Below are positions 38,722 through 49,900 of a DNA stretch of 64,000 nt, piece by piece. The position numbers and the translations under genes are program-made. Location: positions 1,728,001 to 1,792,000 of the forward strand of contig OZ245006.1 of NCBI GenBank assembly GCA_965223545.1, read 5' to 3'. Each line of letters starts with the position of its first letter. Within the stretch, counting starts at the first letter, position 1. This stretch comes from Planctomycetota bacterium (GTDB lineage: Bacteria > Planctomycetota > UBA1135 > UBA2386). The notes below the pieces were generated by a model that saw nothing but the letters and a program-made list of their open reading frames with translations, searched no databases and was not told the DNA's origin.

Positions 38722-39384
38722 TTACAGCCGACTCACCATCTCGCTGATCGTGATCGGCACGAAGGGCGAGACGCAACCCTTCGACACCGGGTAGTCACGG
38801 TAGATCCCGAGCGCCTCGCCGATCGCGATGGCGCGCTCCCGGTGCTCCTCGTGGTAGATGCCGATGTTGGCCAGGCAAGTGTTCATCGTCCATTGGGCCT
38901 GGGGCGCAGCCTTCGGCATCTCCTTCTCGATTCGATCGAGCAGCGCACCGAGATCGAGCCCTTCCGGCTGCTTGGCCACCCGCTCGGAGGTCAGACCCCA
39001 GCCAGCACGCTTGGTCATCGCGTCCTTGGACTTCATCCACGGCTCGCGCACCGACTCCTTGGCCGGGTGCTTCTTGATGACGTAGGAAGCCAACCAATCC
39101 GCGACCCATTCGCAGGTGCCCTCCTTGACCATCCGGGCGAGCTGCTTCGCGTCGAGATCCGCGGGGCGCACGATCAGGATGGCGAGCATCTGCGCGTCGG
39201 CGTTGCCGGTCTCCCACAGCGAGAGGCCGAGGTCGTGGTCGATCTTGATCTCCTTCGCCAGCTTGCGGAGGTCGCCGGTCTTCACGCCGAATTGATTGTC
39301 GCCCGCACCACGCTTGGCGTTGAAAGCGCGCCGTTTCTCGTCACCCAGCTTCTCGAGCCGGGCCATGGCTTGCTTCGTGTCCAT
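38722..39384 (-). CDS. DNA alkylation repair (AlkD-like HEAT-repeat) protein
   Basis: NQFGVKTGDLRKLAKEIKIDHDL..LWETGNADA, QWTMN, DYPVSKGCVSPF. Confidence 0.88.
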   Translation of the reverse strand: MDTKQAMARLEKLGDEKRRAFNAKRGAGDNQFGVKTGDLRKLAKEIKIDHDLGLSLWETGNADAQMLAILIVRPADLDAKQLARMVKEGTCEWVADWLASYVIKKHPAKESVREPWMKSKDAMTKRAGWGLTSERVAKQPEGLDLGALLDRIEKEMPKAAPQAQWTMNTCLANIGIYHEEHRERAIAIGEALGIYRDYPVSKGCVSPFVPITISEMVSRL

Positions 39385-39534
39385 GGCCCCGATGCTAAGG
39401 AGGATCGCTCCTCGACGGAGGCGGCGAACACGCAACAAGCCGCGGGCAGCCAAAAAACTTCCAACGCAGGTGGGGCAGGAGCGCCGCGAACCGACTCTCG
39501 GCGTTGTCCACGAACTCCAAGAGAGAACCTCTCC

Positions 39535-41472
39535 ATGACCACCGCCCACGCCCGAACCGGCGACCACCCTTCTTCCCTGCAGGCCCGTAGCGTGCCGTTG
39601 TTCTCGTTCCTCGCCCTCGCCGCACTCCTGTCCACGACCCCGGCCGCGCAGAACAGCGGCGTCGACTGGGCCCGCTATCTCGGCGGGCCCGGCAACGACT
39701 TGACCGGCTGGCTCCACGGAGTCCATACCATGCCGGGCGGCGACGTCCTGGTTTGCGGGGGAACCGACGGCGGCTTTCCCCTGGCACCACAGTCCGCGGG
39801 CTTGACGGACTCGGTCATCGTGCGCGTGTCCGCCGACGACGGCACGCTGCGCTGGGCGGTCACGCTCGGTGGCAGCGCCAACGACAGCGCACAGGGCCTG
39901 AACGGCGATCCGACGGGTCAGTGGATCTACGTGACAGGGCATACCGATTCGGCCGACTTTCCGGTCACCGCCAACGCCGCCCGGCAGGTCCACGCCGGTG
40001 CGACCGACATGTTTGCCGCCATCCTCGATGCCCAAACGGGGGCGTTGGTCTACGCGACCTTCCTCGGCGGCAGCGATATCGACTACGGCATCGATATCAC
40101 GCCCGACGGCAGTGGTGCTCGCGGTCGAGGATTCTGGCTGTCGGGGCAATCGCAATCCAAGGACTTCCCCGTCGGAGCAAGCGCCTACCAGTCGGCCCTG
40201 CGCGGGTTCAACGACATGGTGTTGGCACGCATCGACCCCGACACACCCGGCGCTGGCGCGATCAGCTATGCGACCTATCTCGGCGGTTCCAGCAGGGTCT
40301 GGAACCTGGGCGACTTGCACGTCGATTCCGCCGGCATCCTCACGACCTCGGCAGAGACCGAGTCCGCGGACTTTCCGACGACGTCCACGGCCTTCCAACC
40401 GGTTGCCAAGTTCACGGCGGGGTCCGGCTCCTCTGACGCGGTCATCATCAGGCTCGATCCCGGCCTGCCCCCCGCCCAGCAGCTGGTGTGGGGAACGTAC
40501 CTCGGGGGCAACGGCTTCGACAATGCGAATGCCCTGCACGTGACGGCCGCAGGCTTGGTCACAGTGGGTGGCTTCACCCGGTCCACCGACCTGCCGACGA
40601 CAGCGGGAGCCGTCCACAGCAACTATCGAGGGGGAATCGACGACGGCTACGTGGCGCAGCTCGACCCCGCGCAGACCGGCTCCAGTCAGCTTCAGTACCT
40701 GACCTACCTGGGTGGAAGCCGCACCGACGGTGTCAACGACCTGGTCGTCGACCAAGGCGGCATGATCACCATCTGCGGGAACGGCAACTCGCCGGACTTC
40801 GCGACGACGTCAGGCGCTTGGCTCCCCGCGGCGCCCGGACCGGGCACGACCGCCGCCTACGTTGCCAGGATCGATCCCGACGCCGTGCAGGGACGAATCC
40901 TGTACGCCACCTACGTCGGCGGAACACAGCGCGACACCCTGGGCACCAGCATCGCGCTCGACCCTCTCGGCGGCGTATATGCCGTCGGGCGAACACAAGC
41001 GCCGGATCTCCCGGTGACCGCCGGGCCATCGTTCGGGGGCGGTTGGGACTTCTGGATCGCGCGCCTGAACCAGTTGCCGGCGGGGGCCGCGCGCTGCGGC
41101 GACTCCACCCCTTCGTCGAAGGGACCGAGCTACATCGGTGTCAATCGGCAACCGGTGGCCGGCGACCCGGGCTTCTCGATCCTGGCGGGAGGTGCTCCGC
41201 ATTCGTCCGTGTGTCCGACGTTCGGGGCTCTGTTCTTCGGCGCCCCGAACTGTGGTGGCACGCAGGTCCCGCAAGGGCTGACCCTCCACCTCCAGACGTC
41301 GATGCCAATGTTGGCCGTCCCAACCAACCCGGTCGATGATCTGGTCGAGCTCAACCTCCCGCTCGCCTCAACATGGGGCGGCCTCGGCGTCGCGTGCCAG
41401 TTCGTGTGGTTCGAACCCTGCCCCGGCAACACCTTCAGCGCGACCAACGCGCTCCTCGTCACCGTGCAATAG
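39535..41472 (+). CDS. Secreted SBBP/beta-propeller repeat protein with shared C-terminal domain
   Basis: Repeated YATYLGG and GxTxSxDFPxT motifs; signal peptide ending PAAQ. Confidence 0.85.
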   Translation: MTTAHARTGDHPSSLQARSVPLFSFLALAALLSTTPAAQNSGVDWARYLGGPGNDLTGWLHGVHTMPGGDVLVCGGTDGGFPLAPQSAGLTDSVIVRVSADDGTLRWAVTLGGSANDSAQGLNGDPTGQWIYVTGHTDSADFPVTANAARQVHAGATDMFAAILDAQTGALVYATFLGGSDIDYGIDITPDGSGARGRGFWLSGQSQSKDFPVGASAYQSALRGFNDMVLARIDPDTPGAGAISYATYLGGSSRVWNLGDLHVDSAGILTTSAETESADFPTTSTAFQPVAKFTAGSGSSDAVIIRLDPGLPPAQQLVWGTYLGGNGFDNANALHVTAAGLVTVGGFTRSTDLPTTAGAVHSNYRGGIDDGYVAQLDPAQTGSSQLQYLTYLGGSRTDGVNDLVVDQGGMITICGNGNSPDFATTSGAWLPAAPGPGTTAAYVARIDPDAVQGRILYATYVGGTQRDTLGTSIALDPLGGVYAVGRTQAPDLPVTAGPSFGGGWDFWIARLNQLPAGAARCGDSTPSSKGPSYIGVNRQPVAGDPGFSILAGGAPHSSVCPTFGALFFGAPNCGGTQVPQGLTLHLQTSMPMLAVPTNPVDDLVELNLPLASTWGGLGVACQFVWFEPCPGNTFSATNALLVTVQ

Positions 41473-41510
41473 CGCGCCCCGAGCGCAGATGGCCGGAACT
41501 CGAGATCACC

Positions 41511-42155
41511 TCAAGACCGCTCCTCGAGCGCAGCCAACAACCGCACGCCCGCACGCGTCAGAAGATGACGAACCGACTTCTCGCTCCGCCCCATGCGCTC
41601 GGCGATCTCGCGCCGGTGCAGCCCTACGAACCGCGAGAGGAGAAGGGCTTCGCGGTAGTCCGGTGGCAACGCGTCGACGGCTCGTTCGAGGCGGGCTGCC
41701 TGCTCGTTGCCCACGGCTTGCTCGCTGGGACTCGGCTCGAGGGCGCACAGGTTTGCGTAGAGTCGACTCGGTTCGCTGGCCTCGCTCTGACCGACCGCGT
41801 CGACGTGGACCTCTCGCGCGACGTCGCGCTTCTGCGCTCGGTGGAAGTTGCCCTTCTGTCGCACCTTGTTCATGGCTGCCGTGAACAGCCACGCCCGAAA
41901 CGAGCCCGCGCCGCGATACTCGAACCGCGGCAGGTCTTCGAGCACCTCGCGGCAGACCGACTGCACGACGTCGGAGCACGATTCCCTCACCCGAACCAGT
42001 GGGTCGAGCTGCAGCCGCACGAACGCGCGCACGTCGCTCAGGTGTTCGGCGATCAACTCGTCGATCGCGCCACTCTCGCCACACTGTGCGGCCGTGACGA
42101 GGGCTCTGGTCCGAGTCGCTGAGAGGCTCGCCGAGGATTCGGTACACTCGTCCAC
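41511..42155 (-). CDS. ECF sigma factor (kinase-associated type)
   Basis: RVRESCSDVVQS, SFRAWL, PSPSEQA, LPPDYREAL...EIAERMGRS. Start uncertain. Confidence 0.9.
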   Translation of the reverse strand: MDECTESSASLSATRTRALVTAAQCGESGAIDELIAEHLSDVRAFVRLQLDPLVRVRESCSDVVQSVCREVLEDLPRFEYRGAGSFRAWLFTAAMNKVRQKGNFHRAQKRDVAREVHVDAVGQSEASEPSRLYANLCALEPSPSEQAVGNEQAARLERAVDALPPDYREALLLSRFVGLHRREIAERMGRSEKSVRHLLTRAGVRLLAALEERS

Positions 42156-42196
42156 CCACGCATAGCTATCGCGTCGAAGCGCAGGTGACAACCCGC

Positions 42197-45100
42197 ATGA
42201 ACCCAGCTGAACAGGATCCGGTGGATGCCCTGCTGGAACAGTGCTTGGACGAACCCGCCACCGACTGGAAGCGCCACATCGATGAGCTCTGCGCCGCGAA
42301 GCCCGAGGCCGCTGCCGAGCTTCGCCGCCGATTCGAGAAGCTGATCGCACTCGGGCTGGTGGATCCCGCAGCCCTCGATGACACAGCCAAGAGCCCGGAG
42401 CGCGTCGGCCACTTTCGGCTGGTGCGCGCGCTGGGCGGCGGCGGGATGGGAGTGGTCTACGAAGCCCACGACGAGAAGCTCGATCGTCGCGTCGCGTTGA
42501 AGCTGATCCGCGGCGACCACCTCTGGTTCCCCACGTCGAGGCGGCGTTTCTTTCGCGAGATGAACGCCGCCAGCCGGCTCGACCACCCGAACCTCTGCCC
42601 GATCTACGAGGCGGGCGAGATCGATGGTGTGCCCTACCTGGCGATGCGCTTCGTCGACGGCGAGACCCTGTCGGCTCGGCTTGCGCGGCGTCGGGGCGAA
42701 CCGCACGGGAGGCAACGAAGCGGGGTCCACTCGACCGGTGCCACGGACGCCGAAGACATCCGGCGCGTGGAGACGATCGCGCGCGCCCTGCACATGGTGC
42801 ACGAAGCGGGGCTCGTGCACCGTGACGTGAAGCCGAGCAACATCATGGTGGCCCGCAGCGGCGAGCCGGTGCTCGTCGACTTCGGTCTCGCCCGGGACGC
42901 GAACGCCGAGGCCGCTGCCCTGACGGTGTCCGGCGAGCGCCTCGGCACTCCCGCGTACATGGCGCCGGAACAGGTGACGGGCAACGGGAGCACCGACCGC
43001 AGGGCTGACGTCTATGCACTCGGCGCGACCCTGTACGAGTGCCTCACGCTGCGGACACCGTTCGGCACGCCCTCCCGCCACGTGCTCTACCAGAGAATCG
43101 CCAACGAGCCCGTCCCGAACCCGCGAAGATACAATCGCCGGATCGGCTCCGACCTGCGGGTCGTCATCGAGAAGGTGTTGGCGAAAGACCCCGCGGATCG
43201 CTTTGCCACCGCCGAGCTGTTCGCCGACGAGCTGGGCCGGATCCTCGACCACGAACCGATCCACAGCCGCCGTCCGTCCCTGTCGTTGCGCGCTCTGCGC
43301 TGGTGCCAACGCAATCGAGCGGCCGCCGGAATCCTCGCCGCGACAGCCCTCGGGCTGGTCGCATCGCTCGTGCTCCTGCGCGCCACGTTGCTTTCCGAGC
43401 AGCGCCTGCTGGCAATCGCCTTCCTGCAAACCGCGGACGAGGCGCAGCAGCGGAATCCCAAACTGGCATTCCGCTACGCGCGCCACGCGCTGCTCATGCA
43501 CGACGACCCTGAGATGCGGGTGATGGCGCGCGTCCAGGAATTGATGTTCGAGCTGCGAGAAAACACGGTGATCGACCGTCGCGCTTCGAACAAAGCCGAC
43601 TTCTCCCCGGACGGCCGGTCCTTGGTCGTCAGCGGCCCTGGGACACCGCCGATCCTGCTCCGGCGTCGCGCCGACGGTTGGCGTTCCATCGCGCTGGACA
43701 CGGACTGCCGCGGCGAGTTCAAGCGGGGCGCCGTCTGCCAGTTCACCCCGTCGGGCGACGAGTTCGCGATGCGCGGCCTGCTCTCGGGCAGGATCCACCG
43801 GTTTCGGGTGACCGACTCGGGGGCTCGGACGCTGCCGGTGCCGGTCCCCGAGGCCGCGCCTCCGCTCTTCGCCATCCGCTATGACGCCGACGCGAGCCGC
43901 GACCGGTTTCTGGCGGTGTACAGCGAGTGCACCGAACTGCGCTCGCGTCGGTCGGGTGAGTTGATCCGCCGATTCGACCAGCGCAGCGATCGTCCGAAGT
44001 GGATCGAATGGTTGGACGCCGCGTTTCTCCCGGGCGGCGAGATCGTCGCAGAGGACCGAGTTTGGAGTGCGGACGGGAGCGAGGTCATCGCGACCTTGTC
44101 CTCGCCGCACAAGATCGACCACGTTCTGGTGGCGCGGGACAACTTCGTCACCGGAAGCTACGACAACCGACTCCGCAGCTACGCGTTTGGCGGCGCACCG
44201 ATCGGCGAGCTGCTGTGCGAAGTCGAGGGCTCGGTGCCGTGGAGGGGTGACGACCTCGAAGTGTTCGCTGGCGGCAGTCGCATTCTGGCACGCGCGGGCC
44301 TCGGCCGGCCATCGCGTTTCTGGGTGCTCGACGCACGATCGCTGGAGATTCTCGAGCAGTACTCCGCCGGCGGCGACCCACACCACGTGCGCGTCTCGCC
44401 GGACGGCCGGCGCATCGCCATTGCGTCGGAGACCGGCGAGATTCGCATCCTGGACATCCACGGCACCCCGGTGGATTCGCTCCGCGGTCACGAGGAAGTC
44501 ATGGAAGTGACCTGGTCGCCACGCGGCGACGAGTTGGTCTCCGTCGGCGGCCACACCACCCGAATCTGGAGCTTCGCGATGAAGTCCGGAGTGCCGGGGC
44601 TCCGGGGCCTCGGCAATCCCGACATGACGATTTCGCCGTCGGGTCATGAGGTCATCGTCGTCTCGGATCGAGAGGGCGCCTTTCTGCTTGGCGACGCCTA
44701 CCGGCCGCTGCCCACCACCGCCACTCTACCGAGCGGGATCGCGGTGCCTCAGATTCGGCACGTCGACGAAGACTCCGTCGTAGTCGGTGGTGAGCACACC
44801 CTCGGGATGACCCACTGGACCATCGAGACGAACGCTCACGTCACGCTCCGGCTCCCACCGCAAACCGTCGCGGTCGGTCAATGCCCGCCGGTGCTTCTTG
44901 CCGACGGCACGATCGTCTTCGTCAACGAGATGCAGCGTGCTCACACCTGGCGCCCCGCCACGGACCAGACCCAGCAGATATCCAACGACTTCTGCACCGA
45001 TCTGGCGCTGTCTCCCGACGGAACGCGGATGGCTCTTTGCGGCGAGGGTGGGGTGCGCATTCGCTCGACCATCGACTGGAGTCTCCAGCAGCGCATCGGA

Positions 45101-45535
45101 ACCGAGGGTGGGGTCATCCTGTGCGCCCGCTGGTCGCGGGATGGCCGCTTCTTGCTGATCGGCGCACTGGACAAGAACGCCTACCTGTACGACACGCAAT
45201 GGCCGGATCGAGCTCCCGTCCGGTTTCCCGGCCATCAGGGACGCGTCTGCAGCGTTGCCTTCGGCCACGACCACGCCACCGTCGCCGCGGCGTCGACGGA
45301 CGGCACGATTCGAGTCTGGAGCCGCGACCCCGATCCCCGCCCCATCTTGCACCTGCGTCACGAGGGCGTCCGCCGCATCGCGTTCACCCGAGCGGGCCGC
45401 CTGGTCAGCGCCGGCTCGGACGGCACCGTCCGGTGGTGGTGTACGGAGGCCGATTCGCTGCGGAACGTGGTCGCTGCCATCGACCTGCCGGGGCTGACGC
45501 GAGACGAGATCACGCGGGTGACCGCTCGGCAATGA
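42197..45535 (+). CDS. Ser/Thr kinase with TM and WD40 propellers
   Basis: GGGGMG, HRDVKPSN, DFG, GTPAYMAPEQ, TM, GH...WS/WD repeats. Confidence 0.93.
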   Translation: MNPAEQDPVDALLEQCLDEPATDWKRHIDELCAAKPEAAAELRRRFEKLIALGLVDPAALDDTAKSPERVGHFRLVRALGGGGMGVVYEAHDEKLDRRVALKLIRGDHLWFPTSRRRFFREMNAASRLDHPNLCPIYEAGEIDGVPYLAMRFVDGETLSARLARRRGEPHGRQRSGVHSTGATDAEDIRRVETIARALHMVHEAGLVHRDVKPSNIMVARSGEPVLVDFGLARDANAEAAALTVSGERLGTPAYMAPEQVTGNGSTDRRADVYALGATLYECLTLRTPFGTPSRHVLYQRIANEPVPNPRRYNRRIGSDLRVVIEKVLAKDPADRFATAELFADELGRILDHEPIHSRRPSLSLRALRWCQRNRAAAGILAATALGLVASLVLLRATLLSEQRLLAIAFLQTADEAQQRNPKLAFRYARHALLMHDDPEMRVMARVQELMFELRENTVIDRRASNKADFSPDGRSLVVSGPGTPPILLRRRADGWRSIALDTDCRGEFKRGAVCQFTPSGDEFAMRGLLSGRIHRFRVTDSGARTLPVPVPEAAPPLFAIRYDADASRDRFLAVYSECTELRSRRSGELIRRFDQRSDRPKWIEWLDAAFLPGGEIVAEDRVWSADGSEVIATLSSPHKIDHVLVARDNFVTGSYDNRLRSYAFGGAPIGELLCEVEGSVPWRGDDLEVFAGGSRILARAGLGRPSRFWVLDARSLEILEQYSAGGDPHHVRVSPDGRRIAIASETGEIRILDIHGTPVDSLRGHEEVMEVTWSPRGDELVSVGGHTTRIWSFAMKSGVPGLRGLGNPDMTISPSGHEVIVVSDREGAFLLGDAYRPLPTTATLPSGIAVPQIRHVDEDSVVVGGEHTLGMTHWTIETNAHVTLRLPPQTVAVGQCPPVLLADGTIVFVNEMQRAHTWRPATDQTQQISNDFCTDLALSPDGTRMALCGEGGVRIRSTIDWSLQQRIGTEGGVILCARWSRDGRFLLIGALDKNAYLYDTQWPDRAPVRFPGHQGRVCSVAFGHDHATVAAASTDGTIRVWSRDPDPRPILHLRHEGVRRIAFTRAGRLVSAGSDGTVRWWCTEADSLRNVVAAIDLPGLTRDEITRVTARQ

Positions 45536-45538
45536 CGC

Positions 45539-46132
45539 TCAGTCTTGGCCGCTCTCAGCTGTCGCCGACTGGGCGGTTTCGACCGTCCCCCGAGGCTGCT
45601 GCGGCAGCGCCGTCATGGTCGTCCCCTGCCCACCAGCCAGCGGCGAGAAGTGCGCTGAGCGGACGACCCAAGCATCGTCTTCCTTGACGAGCACTTCGGT
45701 GACCCGCGTGCAGTATCGCGTCACCGCACTGCTGCCGGCCGGCTCCATCACTCCCTCACTGTAGTAGTGGGCGACGACGGCCTTCCCCTCGACCAAGGTC
45801 GTGACGTGAATGTGCTTCGGCTGCAAGCTGAACTGCTTGAAGCGCATCTGCGGCATGCCGCGATGCACCTCGTTCAGCAATCCTCCGCTCGACCAGAACT
45901 CCATCGCGCCGCGGCGCGAGATGTGCGATGCGTCGGTAGTCTTGTCGCGACGGACACGCGCGCTTCGCTCCATGATCAGCTGCTCGATCTCCGCTTGCGC
46001 GGGATCATCGCTCGGGGTCACGGTCGCGGTCGAAGGCGTCGGAAGCGGCGCCGTGGCCGCCGTCGGTAGCAGCGGCTGGATCCCGACGCAAACCGCGGTG
46101 AAGAGAGAAACGGCGAGGACTGGGTTGAGCAC
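45539..46132 (-). CDS. Secreted NTF2/SnoaL-like (DUF4440-type) protein
   Basis: AGGAG + GTG start, signal peptide, AVVAHYYSEG...TRVTEVLVKEDDAWVVRSAHFS. Confidence 0.75.
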   Translation of the reverse strand: MLNPVLAVSLFTAVCVGIQPLLPTAATAPLPTPSTATVTPSDDPAQAEIEQLIMERSARVRRDKTTDASHISRRGAMEFWSSGGLLNEVHRGMPQMRFKQFSLQPKHIHVTTLVEGKAVVAHYYSEGVMEPAGSSAVTRYCTRVTEVLVKEDDAWVVRSAHFSPLAGGQGTTMTALPQQPRGTVETAQSATAESGQD

Positions 46133-46299
46133 TGAGGGTCTCCTGTTTGGCTGTGTCGGGCGGCGACATGCCGCTCGAGGACCCTTCGGCACGGGCCACC
46201 GGGTCCAGTCGCTGTGGCGCGAACTCGCCCTCGACTGAGTCAGGAATCCCCAGAAAAAGAGCCGCGAATTCGTGAGTCGATCGCCGTGGCCTTCCGCCA

Positions 46300-46860
46300 C
46301 TACTGTCGCAGACGCCGCTGCAGCCAGGCCCGCGCGAACGCGAGATCCCTGCCCACGGTGCTGCGCGAGATCTCGAGATGCTCCGCGATCTGATCTCCCG
46401 ACATCCCACCGAAGAAACGCAGCTCGACGATGCGCGCGTGGCGCTCGTCGAACGCCGCGAGTTCGCTCAGCGCTTCGTCGAGCGCGGCAATGTCGACCGC
46501 TCCGCCGCCCTGATCGTCGACGAGTGCGCGCACCGTCACCCGCTCACCCTTGTCTGCCCCCCCGCGCTTTTCCGCACTCGCGGCGCGCGCGTAGTCGACG
46601 AGCACACGCCTCATCGTAACTGCCGCAGCGTCGAGAAAGTGCAGGTGGCCCTGCGCGCCGGCCTTCTCCGCGTCGACCAGTCGCAAGAACGCCTCGTGGA
46701 CGAGCGCCGTCGGTTGCAGGGTGTGCGAACCGCGCTCACGACGCATCATTCGATTCGCCATCGCGTGCAGCTCGCCGTACAACGCCCCCATCAGCTTGGC
46801 GCTGGCACGCTCGCCAGCGCCCAGCTGGCTGAGGATCGAGTTGAAGTCGTGGGTCGTCAC
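46300..46860 (-). CDS. ECF sigma factor of the HTLQPTALVHE (ECF43/TIGR02999-like) type
   Basis: LYGELH, HTLQPTALVHEAFLRL, MRRVLVDYAR..KRGG, VELRFFGG, ARAWL. Confidence 0.93.
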   Translation of the reverse strand: MTTHDFNSILSQLGAGERASAKLMGALYGELHAMANRMMRRERGSHTLQPTALVHEAFLRLVDAEKAGAQGHLHFLDAAAVTMRRVLVDYARAASAEKRGGADKGERVTVRALVDDQGGGAVDIAALDEALSELAAFDERHARIVELRFFGGMSGDQIAEHLEISRSTVGRDLAFARAWLQRRLRQ

Positions 46861-46906
46861 GCCGAATCGACGATACTTCGGACTCGCCCCTGGTGCCTGG
46901 TAGAAC

Positions 46907-49900
46907 ATGGACCCGAAACGGTTTGCTCGACTCCGCGAGGTCTTCGCCGAAGCGCGTGAGATGCCGGTCGAACGTCGCGCGGGCTTCCTCGACGCGGCCT
47001 GTGGCGACGATGCGGAGCTGCGCGAAGAAGCCGAGGGGCTCCTCGCCGAGGATGCTCGCCAAACCGGAAACGCCGTCGACCGAGCGCTTGCCGACGACGC
47101 GGTGTTCACGCCGGCCCCGAGTACGCGGCCCACTCAGATCGGTCGCTACCGGATCCTCGGGATTTGCGGCTCCGGCGGCATGGGCACTGTCTACGAGGCG
47201 GAGCAAGACTCCCCGCAGCGACGCGTAGCGCTGAAGGTTCTCCAATCGGAGACGCCGCTGCCGGACCTACTGAGTCGCTTCCGGCGCGAGGCGGAAATCC
47301 TGGCTCGGCTGCATCACCCGTGCATCGCACAGATCTTCGACGCCGGCGAGTTCGATCACGACGGAGTGAGCCGACCGTATCTCGCGATGGAGTTCGTCGA
47401 CGGCTCGCCGCTGCTCTCCTTTGCGGCGCGGCACCGGCTCGATGTGCGCGCGCGCATCGAGATCTTCCTGCGCATCTGCGACGCGATCCAGTACGCGCAC
47501 AGCCAGGGGATCGTGCACCGCGACCTCAAGCCGGACAACATCTTCGTCGTCGAGTCGAGCAGTGGGAGCGCGGCGACGACGTCGCCGATAGGACAGCCGA
47601 AAGTGCTCGACTTCGGCGTCGCGCGCTTCGCCGATGCGGACCGGAAGATGACCATCGCGACGGGCGCGGGCCAGCTGCTCGGCTCGGTTCCGTACATGAG
47701 CCCGGAGCAAGCGGTCGGCAGCGAGCGCGTCGGCACGCTGAGTGATCTGTATTCGCTCGGCGTCGTGCTGTTCGAGCTACTGACCGGACGGCTGCCCTAT
47801 TCGGTGCGCAACCGCCCACTCGCGGACGCGCTGTACGCGATTCGCTACGACGAGCCGAGCCGCCTCGGCAACGTCGTACCCCAATTGCGCGGCGATCTCG
47901 AGACGATCGTCGGCAAGACGATCGAGAAGGATCCGGACCGACGCTACCCGACGGTCTCGGCTCTCGCCGAAGACCTGCGGCACTACCAACAGAACAAACC
48001 CATCGCGGCACGCGCGCCGAGCACGTGGTATCAGCTGCGCAAGTTCACGCAGCGAAACCGCGCGTTGGTGGGTGGCACGGTCGCGACCATACTCGCCATC
48101 GTCACCGGCGCCGTCTTCGCCCTGATGTTCGCACTCCGCGCCAACGACAACCAGCTGCGCTCCGAGCGCGAGGCCTACCGCGCCAACATCGGTTCGGCCT
48201 CGGCCCTGCTCGAGTCGGACCCTGCGCACGCCGCCCGCGTCCTCGACGGGGTCGCCGAAGCACAACGGGGCTGGGAGTGGGCCTACCTGTCGTCGGCTCA
48301 GTCCGCGCTGCTGCTCGAGTTCGGCAGTGTCGTCGGACCGCGACGTCGCGAAGAAGTTGGCGACTTCCACAGCGCCTCGAAGCCCGACTTCGCACTGCTC
48401 GCCGAGCGCGGTCAGGTCATCGCTCCGGTGTCCGCGCATGAGTTCTGCGTGTGGGACGTGTGGACCGGCACGGTCGCGCGAACCTTGACGGCACCTGCCG
48501 CGATCCAGCGGTTCGACGCGTCGCATGATGGCAGCCTGCTCGCCGCAGCGCTCGACGACGGCCGCGTCGTCGTGACCGACCTACGTTCCGACGAAGCACG
48601 CTGGCAGACTTGGATCGAAGGAAGAGGTGAAGCGATCACCGGGATCCGCGTCGAACGTCGCGGTCGATGCCTGGCGTTCGAGGCAGCCGGTCGGCTGCAC
48701 TTCGGCCGCCCGGGCGCCTGGCACGAGGTCGATGTCGGACCCCGCACCTTCCACACACCGCCTCTTTTCGACTTCAGCCCCGACGGGACACATCTGGGCG
48801 CACTTGCGGGACCCATGCGCTTCTTCGAGGTCGCCTCCGGCCAGCCGGTCGGACCGACGATCGAGTCGGACCAGGGCCACTGGGCCATCGCGTTCGCGCC
48901 CGACGGCAAACGCGTCGCGGCCGGCCAGTATCGGCGCGAGATCCGTCTGTTCGATCCGCAGACCGGCGATTACGACGTCGAGTTGCTCGGACACAACGTC
49001 AGCGTGACCGGGGTCGCCTTCAGCGATGACGGCAGCCGCCTCGTGTCGAGGAGTCTCGACGAGACGATCCGCGTCTGGGATCTCCAGCGCGCCGAGCAGA
49101 TCGGAGTCTTCGACGCGCCCGGCACGACCGCCGTCGACTTCGTCGACGCAAACCACATCCTCTCGCTGACCGGCGGGAGGCTGCGACTCTGGACGCTGGA
49201 CGCCCGTCGCTGCCGCGAGCTCGTCGGCCACAGCGGGCACATCTACAACGTCGTGTTCTCCGGCAGCGGACGTCTGCTCGCGAGCACTGCACCATGGGCC
49301 GACATCTGTGTCTGGGATCCGCTTCGCGCGCGTCCGCTGCGCACGGCGCCGGCCGAGCGCCGTCACGTGATCGCCTTCGACCGTGAGGGCTCACACCTGC
49401 TCACCGCGTGGTTCCACTGGGCCGGCAACTACGTGACCGGAGCACCGTGGCTTGTCGAAGGGGCCGCGCAGGCATGGAAACCGACCCGGTTCGGAATCGA
49501 GATGGCCGCTCGGAACGAGTCTGTCTTGGTCGTTGACGGCGCGGATCTGGCGTTCAAAGCAAGTGGCTTGATCGCCATGCGCACGGTGCACGGGCCGAAT
49601 ACGCGCGTCTTCTGTGACGGCATGCACATCGAGCCGAACCGCACGATTCCAGCACCCGATCTCGGCCCGTATCCGAGTTTGCGGATCGGTGGAATGCACC
49701 CCTATCAGTTTGGCGGCGCGGTCGTGGAGCTCCTCGTGTTCGACGGCGCGCTGTCCGAGCGATCCTCTGCCGATCTCGACACCTATCTCGCCGAGCGCCG
49801 CGCAGGCGGCACCGGCGTACTCCCAGATCTCTCCAACGAAGGCGCCCGCCTGTTCGCCCACTTCCGTGCCAGTGCCGACACCATCGCCTGCGACGAGGAG

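Noticed and set aside
37687..41472. 1261-aa ORF
   Set aside because: The real gene starts at 39535; upstream sequence overlaps two better-supported genes in other frames or strands.
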